From Leptospira sp. (GTDB lineage Bacteria > Spirochaetota > Leptospiria > Leptospirales > Leptospiraceae), in NCBI GenBank assembly GCA_034439575.1, contig JAWXAQ010000007.1, positions 192,001-256,000 on the forward strand: 64,000 bases of DNA. The letters run 5' to 3'. Each line of letters opens with the position of its first letter. The stretch's first letter is position 1. Shown here piece by piece: positions 28,328 to 39,140 of this stretch. The position numbers were made by a program, and so were the translations under genes. A model generated the notes under the pieces. That model saw only the letters and a program-made list of their open reading frames with translations. It did not search any database and was not told the DNA's origin.

Positions 28328-30841
28328 TTACTCTGTGTCTTTTACGATGGCGAAATCTTTTACAAAATCATCATCTTTAGTATCTACAATTTTCACACCC
28401 ATAGCAGATCGACCAACCAGCGAAATTTCTTTGGCACTGACTCGAATGGACATCCCTGATTGAGTAATCACTAATAGTTCATCTTCTTCTCTTACCGAAC
28501 AAATTCCGACAGATTTTCCATTCTTCTCGCCAACTTTGAGGTAGGTCATTCCTTTACCAGCGCGGCCTTTCGTAGAGAATTCATCGAAGTCCGTTCTTTT
28601 TCCGATTCCATTTTCCGAAATACAAAGTAATTGTGTGTTAGGTTCTACTTTCGTTAATCCAACGATTTGATCTGTTTCATCCAATCTCATAGCAGTTACA
28701 CCTGAAGCAGTTCTTCCTTGTGAGCGTAATTCATTTAGATTCATACGAATTGCTAAACCTTGTTGGCTTCCAATGAAAACATCGTAATTTTCTCTATTAG
28801 ATAAAACATCGATTAGTTCATCACCATCTCTTAGTCCAATCGCAATGATGCCTGATTTTTTAGTGTTTGAAAATTCGTTGAGTTGAATTTTTTTAACGAA
28901 TCCATCTCTTGTGACCATAAGTAAATAGGACTCATCAAATTGTCTAAAGGCAAAAAGAGAAGTTATCACCTCATCTTCTGTTAGACTCATGATAGCTTTT
29001 AATGACTTACCTCTTGCTTCTTTGGTTGCAATTGGTAGTTCATAAACTTTTAGCAAAAATGCTCTCCCTTTATTAGAGAATAACATCAAATTATCATGGG
29101 TCATTGCTATGCTTAATTTTTTGATGAAGTCTTCTCTTTTTGTGGAAATACCTTGAATGCCCTTTCCGCCTCTTTTTTGACGTCGGAAAGTATCCATAGG
29201 TAAACGTTTGATAAACATATCTTCAGAAATTTGAACTACAACTTCTTCATCTGCAATTAAATCTTCAGCATTGAAACTTGAAGATTCCATCGATTCTAAA
29301 CTAATTTCTGTTGTACGATTGTTTCCGAAAGTTTCTGCGACTTTTGTTAATTCATCGCATATAATTTGTTTAACGCGTTCTGGTTTTGCTAATATATCTT
29401 CTAAATCCAATATGTGAACGCGAATTTGTTCTAGTTCTTCTATGATTTTCTGTACTTCCAAAGATGTTAATCTTTGGAGTCTCATTTCTAATATAGCATC
29501 TGCTTGTACTTCAGAAAGTGAAAAAGTGCTAATCAACTTTGCTTGGGCTTCTCGTGGATCTTTTGAAGAGCGTATAATTCTGATTACTTCATCAATATTA
29601 TCTAAAGCAATTTTTAAGCCCTCTAATATATGGGCCCTTTTCTTTGCTTTTTCTAAATCAAATTCTGTTCTTTTTATAACTACTTCATTTCTATGGGAAG
29701 CATAAGCTTTTAATATTTCCTTTAATGGAAAAATTTTTGGACGATTGTCCAAAATAGCAAGCATCGTAATACCAAAACTAACTTGCAATTGTGTAAGTTT
29801 AAATAATTGATTTAGTATTACCTGTGCATTAAAATCTTTTTTGATATGAAGCTCTACTCGTATTCCTTTTCGATCTGAAAGATCTAGAATCTCGGTAATT
29901 CCTTCTATAATTTTTTCATTAACTAGATCGCCAATTTTTTCAAGTAAATTTCGTTTATTTACTTGGTATGGAATCTCATGTATAACAATGATTTCACGAC
30001 CTTTATTATTTTCAATAATTTCAACTTTGGAACGAATTCGAATCGAACCCTTCCCTGTTGAATAGGCTTGATAAAGTCCTTCACCACCAATAATAGTTCC
30101 ACCAGTAGGAAAATCTGGGCCAGGTATAATTTTCATCAAATCATAAAGAGAAATTTCTGGATTTTGAATCAATGCCACAACTGCACTAATTGATTCTTTT
30201 AAATTATGCGGAGGAATGTTCGTCGCCATCCCAACGGCAATTCCCGAAGACCCATTGACTAGAATATTAGGAAAGTTAGCAGGCAAAACATCCGGTTGTT
30301 GTCTCGTATCATCAAAGTTTGGTGAAAAACTTACAGTATTCTTTTCAATATCCTTTAACAATTCTTCTGCAAGTTTTGTTAAACGCGCTTCCGTATAACG
30401 ATAAGCAGCTGCAAAGTCACCATCCACAGAACCAAAGTTACCCTGTCCATCGATCAAAGGCTCACGCATGGAAAATGTTTGAACCATACGAACCATGGTA
30501 TCATACACAGCACCATCACCGTGTGGATGGAAGTTACCGATTACCTCTCCGACAATTTTTGCAGATTTTACATAGGGTCTGTCACTTCGCCATGCTCTTT
30601 CATTCATTGCATGTAAAATTCTTCTATGAACAGGTTTAAGACCATCTCTTACATCAGGAAGAGCTCTTCCAACGATCACGCTCATCGCATAATCTAAGTA
30701 AGCCTCTTTCATTTGGTCTTCTATTTCTACGGGTATAACTCTAATACCAGCTTTTAATGCCCCAGCAATATCAGGTCGACCTGATACATTGAGTGCTAAT
30801 GTTTTTGTTGATTCGTTTTCTTGGCCGTTAGTTTCGGTCAT
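28328..30841 (-). CDS. gyrA: DNA gyrase subunit A
   Basis: RALPDVRDGLKPVHRR, HPHGD, RYTEARL, GyrA box QKRGGKG. Confidence 0.98.
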   Translation of the reverse strand: MTETNGQENESTKTLALNVSGRPDIAGALKAGIRVIPVEIEDQMKEAYLDYAMSVIVGRALPDVRDGLKPVHRRILHAMNERAWRSDRPYVKSAKIVGEVIGNFHPHGDGAVYDTMVRMVQTFSMREPLIDGQGNFGSVDGDFAAAYRYTEARLTKLAEELLKDIEKNTVSFSPNFDDTRQQPDVLPANFPNILVNGSSGIAVGMATNIPPHNLKESISAVVALIQNPEISLYDLMKIIPGPDFPTGGTIIGGEGLYQAYSTGKGSIRIRSKVEIIENNKGREIIVIHEIPYQVNKRNLLEKIGDLVNEKIIEGITEILDLSDRKGIRVELHIKKDFNAQVILNQLFKLTQLQVSFGITMLAILDNRPKIFPLKEILKAYASHRNEVVIKRTEFDLEKAKKRAHILEGLKIALDNIDEVIRIIRSSKDPREAQAKLISTFSLSEVQADAILEMRLQRLTSLEVQKIIEELEQIRVHILDLEDILAKPERVKQIICDELTKVAETFGNNRTTEISLESMESSSFNAEDLIADEEVVVQISEDMFIKRLPMDTFRRQKRGGKGIQGISTKREDFIKKLSIAMTHDNLMLFSNKGRAFLLKVYELPIATKEARGKSLKAIMSLTEDEVITSLFAFRQFDESYLLMVTRDGFVKKIQLNEFSNTKKSGIIAIGLRDGDELIDVLSNRENYDVFIGSQQGLAIRMNLNELRSQGRTASGVTAMRLDETDQIVGLTKVEPNTQLLCISENGIGKRTDFDEFSTKGRAGKGMTYLKVGEKNGKSVGICSVREEDELLVITQSGMSIRVSAKEISLVGRSAMGVKIVDTKDDDFVKDFAIVKDTE

Positions 30842-30859
30842 TTATTTTATCCGTAGCTA

Positions 30860-32809
<1,950 letters not shown>

Positions 32810-32858
32810 CTATAGGAACCCCTCTAGGGCAAGTGAAAACAACTGAATTAAGCCTACC

Positions 32859-33179
32859 TTAGCGTTTTAGATTAGGAGAATTTCCAGTTTTAAAAATAAT
32901 TTTTATTATTGGTAATGGCAATTTTTTTAATGAAATTTTCTTGAGAATTTCGGCTTTTGCAAAATCCAATTCTTGAGTCACAATTGCATGTTTACATAGT
33001 ACAAACAACTTTCCATCTAGTAGACTGTTTGGTTGTGACCCGTCAGCTAAAACGTCTCCAACAATTTCTTTCCAATCCCGTTTCAATATTTTAATTGTTT
33101 GATCATTGAAAATTTCTTCTTTGTTAATGCCCAATTTTTCTAAACTTTGAAATAAATCCTGTATTTCTAGTTTTTTCAT
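32859..33179 (-). CDS. dciA: DUF721/DciA family protein
   Basis: W.EIVG..LA..SQP...G.L.V motif; conserved position between recF and gyrB. Confidence 0.8.
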   Translation of the reverse strand: MKKLEIQDLFQSLEKLGINKEEIFNDQTIKILKRDWKEIVGDVLADGSQPNSLLDGKLFVLCKHAIVTQELDFAKAEILKKISLKKLPLPIIKIIFKTGNSPNLKR

Positions 33180-34279
33180 AAATCTTCTATTCTTTTGACA
33201 ATTCCATTCTCAATTGAAAAAATTTCTTTATCTATTTCTTTAGAACCTATATATTCTTTTATTCCTTCAAGATCAGTAGTTGTAAAAAATGCTTGTCCAC
33301 ATTCTGAAATCAAATTTACAAAATATTCACGTCTTTTAACATCTAACTCTCGTATGATGTCATCAATCAATAGAACAGGTGCTTCTCCTGTTTGTTCTTT
33401 GATCATCTGAAAACAGGCAGTCTTTAATGCTATTACAGCACTTCTTTTTTGTCCTTGTGAACCAAAATTACTTAAATCTCTATCTTCAAATCCGATAGGT
33501 ATTTCATCTCTATGATTACCACAACTTGTATAACCAATAGCTATATCCTTTTTTATATTTCTTTGCAAGCGAGATCTATGATCTTCTGCACTGATCACAT
33601 TTGGTTTGTAAGAAATGTGAAATGAATCTTTTCCTTGACTTAATAAATTTAAATTTTTGTGGAAATAAATTGATAAGTCCTGAATCGTCTTTTCGCGTTG
33701 TAGACGAATTATTTCTTCTCTTTCAATTAAAGGTTCGTTCCAAATTTCAATTTCACTAGTATTTGTGTATTCTTTCTTTAAGGCTGAATTTCGTTGCTTT
33801 AAAATATGGTTATATTCAATAAGTTGATTTAAATAATTTTTGTTAGTTGAAGAAATAAATGCATCTAAAAATTTTCTTCTTTCTATGTTTCCTGATTCTA
33901 TTATTTTTATATCAGGAGGACTTAATATAACGGATTTAAAATAACCGACAGAGTCTGTAATTTTTTTAAACAATTGCCCATTAATCTTAACTTTTTTACG
34001 TTTGATACCTTCGTTTTGAATTCCATATTCAAATGTAAAATCTTCACCCTTTGCCTCAAATTCTGCCTTTACAAATGTAAAGGGAGAATCCCATTTTAAT
34101 AACTGATTCTCATCTGATTCTCTGAAACTTTTTAGAAAGGAAAGAATAGATATTGATTCAAGTAAATTAGTCTTACCTTCGCCATTGTTTCCAATGAAAA
34201 AGATAAGACGTGATTTAAAATCGAGAGTAGTATTGGAATGGTTTCTAAAATTAGTAAGCGTTATACGCCGCAAATACAT
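33176..34279 (-). CDS. recF: DNA replication/repair protein RecF
   Basis: NFRN, GNNGEGKTN, RRKFLD, SQGQKR, LLIDD..ELD. Confidence 0.96.
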   Translation of the reverse strand: MYLRRITLTNFRNHSNTTLDFKSRLIFFIGNNGEGKTNLLESISILSFLKSFRESDENQLLKWDSPFTFVKAEFEAKGEDFTFEYGIQNEGIKRKKVKINGQLFKKITDSVGYFKSVILSPPDIKIIESGNIERRKFLDAFISSTNKNYLNQLIEYNHILKQRNSALKKEYTNTSEIEIWNEPLIEREEIIRLQREKTIQDLSIYFHKNLNLLSQGKDSFHISYKPNVISAEDHRSRLQRNIKKDIAIGYTSCGNHRDEIPIGFEDRDLSNFGSQGQKRSAVIALKTACFQMIKEQTGEAPVLLIDDIIRELDVKRREYFVNLISECGQAFFTTTDLEGIKEYIGSKEIDKEIFSIENGIVKRIEDL

Positions 34280-35397
34280 TATAATTTCATCGGCATAATG
34301 ACAGAAACGAAATCACTATCAGATGGATCCTTAAATAGAACAGGAGCACTAGAGGAAGAAAATTCTAATATTACTTCTGGATCATCTATTACTTTCACAA
34401 CATCGCTAAGATAGTCACCTTTAAAAGCAATGGCAATAGGTTCACCAGAATATTCTATACTCATATTATGATCAAACATCATGGTGCCAGGATTTGACGA
34501 ACTAATGTTTACATTGTTAGTCGTAAAATTTAATCGAATTTGTTTTGAAGGTTCTTCAGCTGAAATTAAGGCTTGTTTTAAAAATGTTAAAAAATCTGCT
34601 TTAATGATTCTTACAGATTGAGATGCTTGTTTAGGAATTACTTGTTCGTAATCAGGAAAGTTACCATCGATTAATTTAAATAATAATTCTATATTACCAC
34701 TAGAAACATATATCTGTTCGTCGACGAATCCTATCTTTGCCGTCTCTTTTCCTTCCATCATTTTTAGCATCTCACGAACAGCTTTATGTGGAATGATCAC
34801 TCCATTTTTAAATGGAAATTGTTTCGGAAATTTTCTAACAATCTTTGATAATCTTCGTCCATCAGTTCCAACAACAATTAAATCTGTTTCATCTGGTTTT
34901 AAAAATAATCCATTAAATACAAATCGAGTCTCTTCAATCGCCATAGCATATGAAGTTTTGCGAAACATTTCTCTAATTGTTTGGCAAGGAAATTCTACAA
35001 TATTTTTATCATCAACTAATGGTATAGTTTTCACATCTTCCGAATCCACACCATTCACTTTGAATTTTGTATCCATTTTTCCCGTTGCATCAGTGATCAG
35101 CGTTTCCGATGAATCATTGTTATCGCTTGTAGCCAAACTAGTAGTATCGAAATTTAAATTTTTGAATATACTAGATAATTGTTTTGCTGGAAGACTAGCT
35201 GAGCCTTTCTGTCCTACAACTGAGTTAACAGATGTTTTAATAGCGATTTCTAGATCAGTTGCAGATAAAAATACAGTATTTTCTATCGCCTGTAATTTTA
35301 AATTAGATAAGGCTGATTTTATCTCTCTAACAGATATTACTCCTTCGACTGAATTGATTGCCTTTAAAAATTCTGTAGTATTGACAGTGAATTTCAT
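34279..35397 (-). CDS. dnaN: DNA polymerase III beta clamp
   Basis: ATDLEI, GTDGRRL, LIDGNFPDYEQVIP, VIMPMKL; AGAGG RBS. Confidence 0.97.
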   Translation of the reverse strand: MKFTVNTTEFLKAINSVEGVISVREIKSALSNLKLQAIENTVFLSATDLEIAIKTSVNSVVGQKGSASLPAKQLSSIFKNLNFDTTSLATSDNNDSSETLITDATGKMDTKFKVNGVDSEDVKTIPLVDDKNIVEFPCQTIREMFRKTSYAMAIEETRFVFNGLFLKPDETDLIVVGTDGRRLSKIVRKFPKQFPFKNGVIIPHKAVREMLKMMEGKETAKIGFVDEQIYVSSGNIELLFKLIDGNFPDYEQVIPKQASQSVRIIKADFLTFLKQALISAEEPSKQIRLNFTTNNVNISSSNPGTMMFDHNMSIEYSGEPIAIAFKGDYLSDVVKVIDDPEVILEFSSSSAPVLFKDPSDSDFVSVIMPMKL

Positions 35398-35641
35398 TTT
35401 CTTCCTCTTTAAGTATTTATATTTATATAAATATATATTATGTCGTCTTCGTTGATAATGTCAATATGTCGATAAAGCCACAATAGTTCAATTTTTATTG
35501 AATTATGTCTTATAAAATCATCCAAATTTCTGTTCATATTTATGTCGCTTAATCTTGCAAAACTGAGACTTTTGAAAGAAATTTCCTTCTTATGTCCTAT
35601 ACACAATTTTCTGACAGTTTGTCTACAGGGTTATGAACAGC
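35398..35641. other. Replication origin oriC (dnaA-dnaN intergenic region)
   Basis: 28 consecutive A/T bases at 35414-35441 (DUE-like); degenerate DnaA-box-like 9-mers at 35597, 35608, 35619 and 35631; canonical gene context. Confidence 0.8.
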
Positions 35642-36967
35642 TTATTGGAAGCTAATTTTGTTTTTAAGACTTTGGTATAAATCCATTAAACCCTGATCGG
35701 TGGTCATTTTAGTTTGGATTTTATTGATCCCGTGTATTACAGTCGTATGTTGGGCATTAAAAATTCTTCCAATTTGTGCTTTTGGCAATCCTAACACTTC
35801 ATGCAAAAGTGACATACAAAGGTGTCTTGGCATAATAAAATCAGCTTTTCGACTTTTGCCTAATAGGTCTTTTCTTGCAATATTCATTCTTTCACATAAC
35901 AGATCGATCATTTGGTCTGGATTATTTCCAATTCGTTTTTTGTTGATCTGCAATCTAGCATTAGCAATTTCTTTAATTTTATCATCTGGAAGTAAAAATA
36001 TATCGTATGCTTTTTTATATAGTATTAAGTCATTCATAATCCCGAGCAAAGCTCTGGAATCCCCACCAGAGTGATTTCCTAACCATTCTAAAACTGTTTC
36101 TGATAAAGGAACATCGTATAACTTTGAGTATTGTCTAAACATTCCAATTCTCAAATTGATATCATGTTCTTTTATATCGGCTCGTAAGCCGTGCACAAAT
36201 CTAGATTTCAATCTATCATGTAATGGAAGTTCATCGCTAGGGCGATCTGAAGCGATCACAATTTGCCTTTTACGTTCATAAAGGAAATTGAATACAGAAA
36301 AAAATTCTTCCTGTGTTTTTTCGGCGCCACTATTCAAAAATTGAATATCATCAAATAACAAGACATTATACGATTGATAACGCATCTTAAATGATTCTAA
36401 ACTATCCCTATTATTTTGTCTGACTGTAAAAATAAATTCATTTAGAAAAGATATGCTATTTACATAGCGAATTGTTTTCCAAGGATCCTTCTTTTTGATT
36501 TCATTGCCGATAGCATGCAATAAATGAGTCTTACCGACTCCAACTGGGCCAAAAATATATAGAGGATTGTATTTTCCAGGATTTTCGACAATGCTCATAC
36601 CTGCAGTATAGGCTAATTTATTGCTTTCTGAGATAAAATAATTTTGAAACGTGTAATCGGAATTCAATTCAACTTCACTTTGATCAAAACGGTTTTCTAT
36701 TATTTCTTTGATTTTGTGAGCAGAATCTTCTTTATCGGTAACTAAGATGAGTTTGTATGAATCACCTTTAATCTGATAGGCGGCTGATTCTAAAAAACTA
36801 GCATATTTTGCTTCAACATGTGTTTTTATAGTGTTCGAAGGAGCAGAAACGATCATTTCTTTACCTTCAAATTTTATAAATTTTAGTGGAGCGATGAATG
36901 TTTTATAGTAGGAAGGTTGTACGAGTTTCGAAACTTCTTCTAATATTTCTTCCCAAGTCAATTCCAA
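35642..36967 (-). CDS. dnaA: Chromosomal replication initiator DnaA
   Basis: YNPLYIFGPVGVGKTHL, DDIQF, TQEEFF, RL.SRF..GL, HTTV; TTG start with AAGGTGG RBS. Confidence 0.98.
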   Translation of the reverse strand: MELTWEEILEEVSKLVQPSYYKTFIAPLKFIKFEGKEMIVSAPSNTIKTHVEAKYASFLESAAYQIKGDSYKLILVTDKEDSAHKIKEIIENRFDQSEVELNSDYTFQNYFISESNKLAYTAGMSIVENPGKYNPLYIFGPVGVGKTHLLHAIGNEIKKKDPWKTIRYVNSISFLNEFIFTVRQNNRDSLESFKMRYQSYNVLLFDDIQFLNSGAEKTQEEFFSVFNFLYERKRQIVIASDRPSDELPLHDRLKSRFVHGLRADIKEHDINLRIGMFRQYSKLYDVPLSETVLEWLGNHSGGDSRALLGIMNDLILYKKAYDIFLLPDDKIKEIANARLQINKKRIGNNPDQMIDLLCERMNIARKDLLGKSRKADFIMPRHLCMSLLHEVLGLPKAQIGRIFNAQHTTVIHGINKIQTKMTTDQGLMDLYQSLKNKISFQ

Positions 36968-37116
36968 TGTAATTCCACCTTTTGATGAGCCGGTACTATA
37001 CTTCTATTCAGTAGGTAGAATTCAAATGAAAATTCAAATACCCGAACTCTTTATCGAAATTCTGAGATTGGCATAAGAAAATTATGTCACATAACGGTTT
37101 TGAAAAATAGCTTCGC

Positions 37117-38058
37117 CTAACGAGGTGAATTGCTAAGTCGTAAAAATAATTGGGAAAGTAAAAAATATTCAAGTGCAGGTATACTGTAATGCAATTTTGA
37201 TTTAAAATCCAGAATTGCTCTCACCTTCAGAAGGTTAGTTTCAAAATTTTGTTTTCTGTATTCATACAAAAGTAACAACGATATCAATTCTAAAAAATCA
37301 ATGTTTCCTATTTTTTCTCTATTTGACTTTTTATCTGTCATTTGATCGCGAATCCAATTCTCTAATTTTAATAATAGAATGGCATCATGGCAATTATCTT
37401 TAACAACTGTATGCCATTCTTCAATCAATTCATCTGGTATTTCAAATGGATTCAGCGATCCGCCGTAGTATTCTTTAAATATTTTTACACTGTCTTTTTG
37501 AATATTTCGAACCATATCTTGTGAAAGGAATTGGAAAGGAATACATACAGATCTAGAAACTATTGTTTTTTTTAATTTGTTAATATCGTTTACGATTAAA
37601 ATAAACTTTGTATGATTAGGTGGTTCTTCTAAGGTCTTTAGCAGTGTTGTCTCTGCTTCATTATTGATTCGTTGTGCTTCCGGAAACATAACAATTCGTT
37701 TTTTAGAAATATGTGGCTTGTAGACAATTCGTTGGCCAAGTAACCAACGAATTGTAAAATCCTCAGGATCTTTATCCTTCCCGATTGCTATATTTTTATT
37801 TTTTGGGAATTGGATATAGTCGGGATGTTCGCCTCGCATAAATAGGCGGCATGATTCACAGTTTCCACAAGAACTTTCATGTATGCAAAGGAGATGACGA
37901 GAAAATCTTTCTGCAGCAAACCATTTGCCGACACCATCGGGACCATGAAAAATTAATACACCAGGAATTTTGTCCTGATTTGCGATGAATGATTTTAAGT
38001 AAGTTAAGGCAACTTCCTGGCCTTTGATTTCATCAATTTGAAAAAAATCATCTGCCAT
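37117..38058 (-). CDS. holB: DNA polymerase III delta' subunit
   Basis: GPDGVGK, C..CGNCESC, HPD, LLKTLEEPP, TIVSR. Confidence 0.88.
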   Translation of the reverse strand: MADDFFQIDEIKGQEVALTYLKSFIANQDKIPGVLIFHGPDGVGKWFAAERFSRHLLCIHESSCGNCESCRLFMRGEHPDYIQFPKNKNIAIGKDKDPEDFTIRWLLGQRIVYKPHISKKRIVMFPEAQRINNEAETTLLKTLEEPPNHTKFILIVNDINKLKKTIVSRSVCIPFQFLSQDMVRNIQKDSVKIFKEYYGGSLNPFEIPDELIEEWHTVVKDNCHDAILLLKLENWIRDQMTDKKSNREKIGNIDFLELISLLLLYEYRKQNFETNLLKVRAILDFKSKLHYSIPALEYFLLSQLFLRLSNSPR

Positions 38059-38067
38059 TAAATTTGA

Positions 38068-38991
38068 TCAATAAACAGGTGTTAACCAGTTTTTGTATAA
38101 ATCGTCTTCGCCACGTACAATGCTAAAAAACAAGGATTGCAATTGTTTAGTAATTGGACCTTTTTGACCATTACCAATGACACGATGGTCAATGGTTTTG
38201 ACCCATGCTACTTGAACTCCAGTTCCTGTGAAAAAAACTTCATCGGCGATATATAGTTCAGAACGTGAAATATCTCGTTCCACTATTTTTATCTTTTGGT
38301 CATTTGCTAGTTTAAGAATCGTTCTACGAGTAATTCCTTCTAAAAGAGAAGAACCGAGACTGGGCGTAAATAAGACTCCATTCCTAACTATAAAAATATT
38401 TTCTGCAGATCCTTCCGAAACAAATCCCCGAGCATCTAAGAAAATTGCTTCATCCATTCCATTTTGTACAGCCTCTGATTTTGCTAAGGCAGAGTTTACA
38501 TACCCACCGCTAACTTTTGCTAAAGTAGGGATTTGATTATCCGAAAATCTTTGCCATGATGAAACCATTGTAGATAAACCATTTTGCGTATCTAAATAAT
38601 CATCTAACTGTATTACATATATTGCAATGTCAGTGGCAACGTCATGAAACCTGGGTGACAATTGAAGTGCTGAAGTATATATCATAGGTCTGATATAAAT
38701 ATTTTGTTTATAATTGCATTTTTGAATTAAATCAACAGTTAAACTCACTAATTGTTCAGGAGTTTTTTTGAAATTCAACTGCATGATTTTTGATGAGTTA
38801 ACTAACCTATAGTAATGATCAAACAATCGAAAGATAAATAAATTCTTTTTAGCAGGATTATAGTAACCACGAATTCCACCGAAGACTGATGTTCCATATT
38901 GGAAGGCATGAGTTTGGATGCTAATTTTTGCATCCTCGGCAGGAATAATTTTTCCTTCAAAAAAGCAGAGATCTTTAGTTTTAGTAGTCAT
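38068..38991 (-). CDS. ilvE: Branched-chain amino acid aminotransferase
   Basis: HAFQYG..VF.GIR, K..G.Y.NS.LA, EGSAENIF, L.GITR, ADEVFFTGT. Confidence 0.93.
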   Translation of the reverse strand: MTTKTKDLCFFEGKIIPAEDAKISIQTHAFQYGTSVFGGIRGYYNPAKKNLFIFRLFDHYYRLVNSSKIMQLNFKKTPEQLVSLTVDLIQKCNYKQNIYIRPMIYTSALQLSPRFHDVATDIAIYVIQLDDYLDTQNGLSTMVSSWQRFSDNQIPTLAKVSGGYVNSALAKSEAVQNGMDEAIFLDARGFVSEGSAENIFIVRNGVLFTPSLGSSLLEGITRRTILKLANDQKIKIVERDISRSELYIADEVFFTGTGVQVAWVKTIDHRVIGNGQKGPITKQLQSLFFSIVRGEDDLYKNWLTPVY

Positions 38992-39140
38992 TGGAAATCC
39001 TAAGCTACAGAGTTTTTTAAGATTGTATTTTAGAAAATGAATTTTATCTTTTTTTCTCTCGAAGGTTTCCCTTATAAATTTGAGATCGTTCTTACAGGTA
39101 AGATTTTTTAGAACTTGTAAGGTTTGTTAGAAGACATAAT

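Noticed and set aside
34793..35455. 220-aa plus-strand ORF
   Set aside because: Antisense shadow of dnaN with no recognisable motif
35409..35606. 65-aa ORF in the dnaA-dnaN gap
   Set aside because: Low-complexity translation of AT-rich oriC sequence
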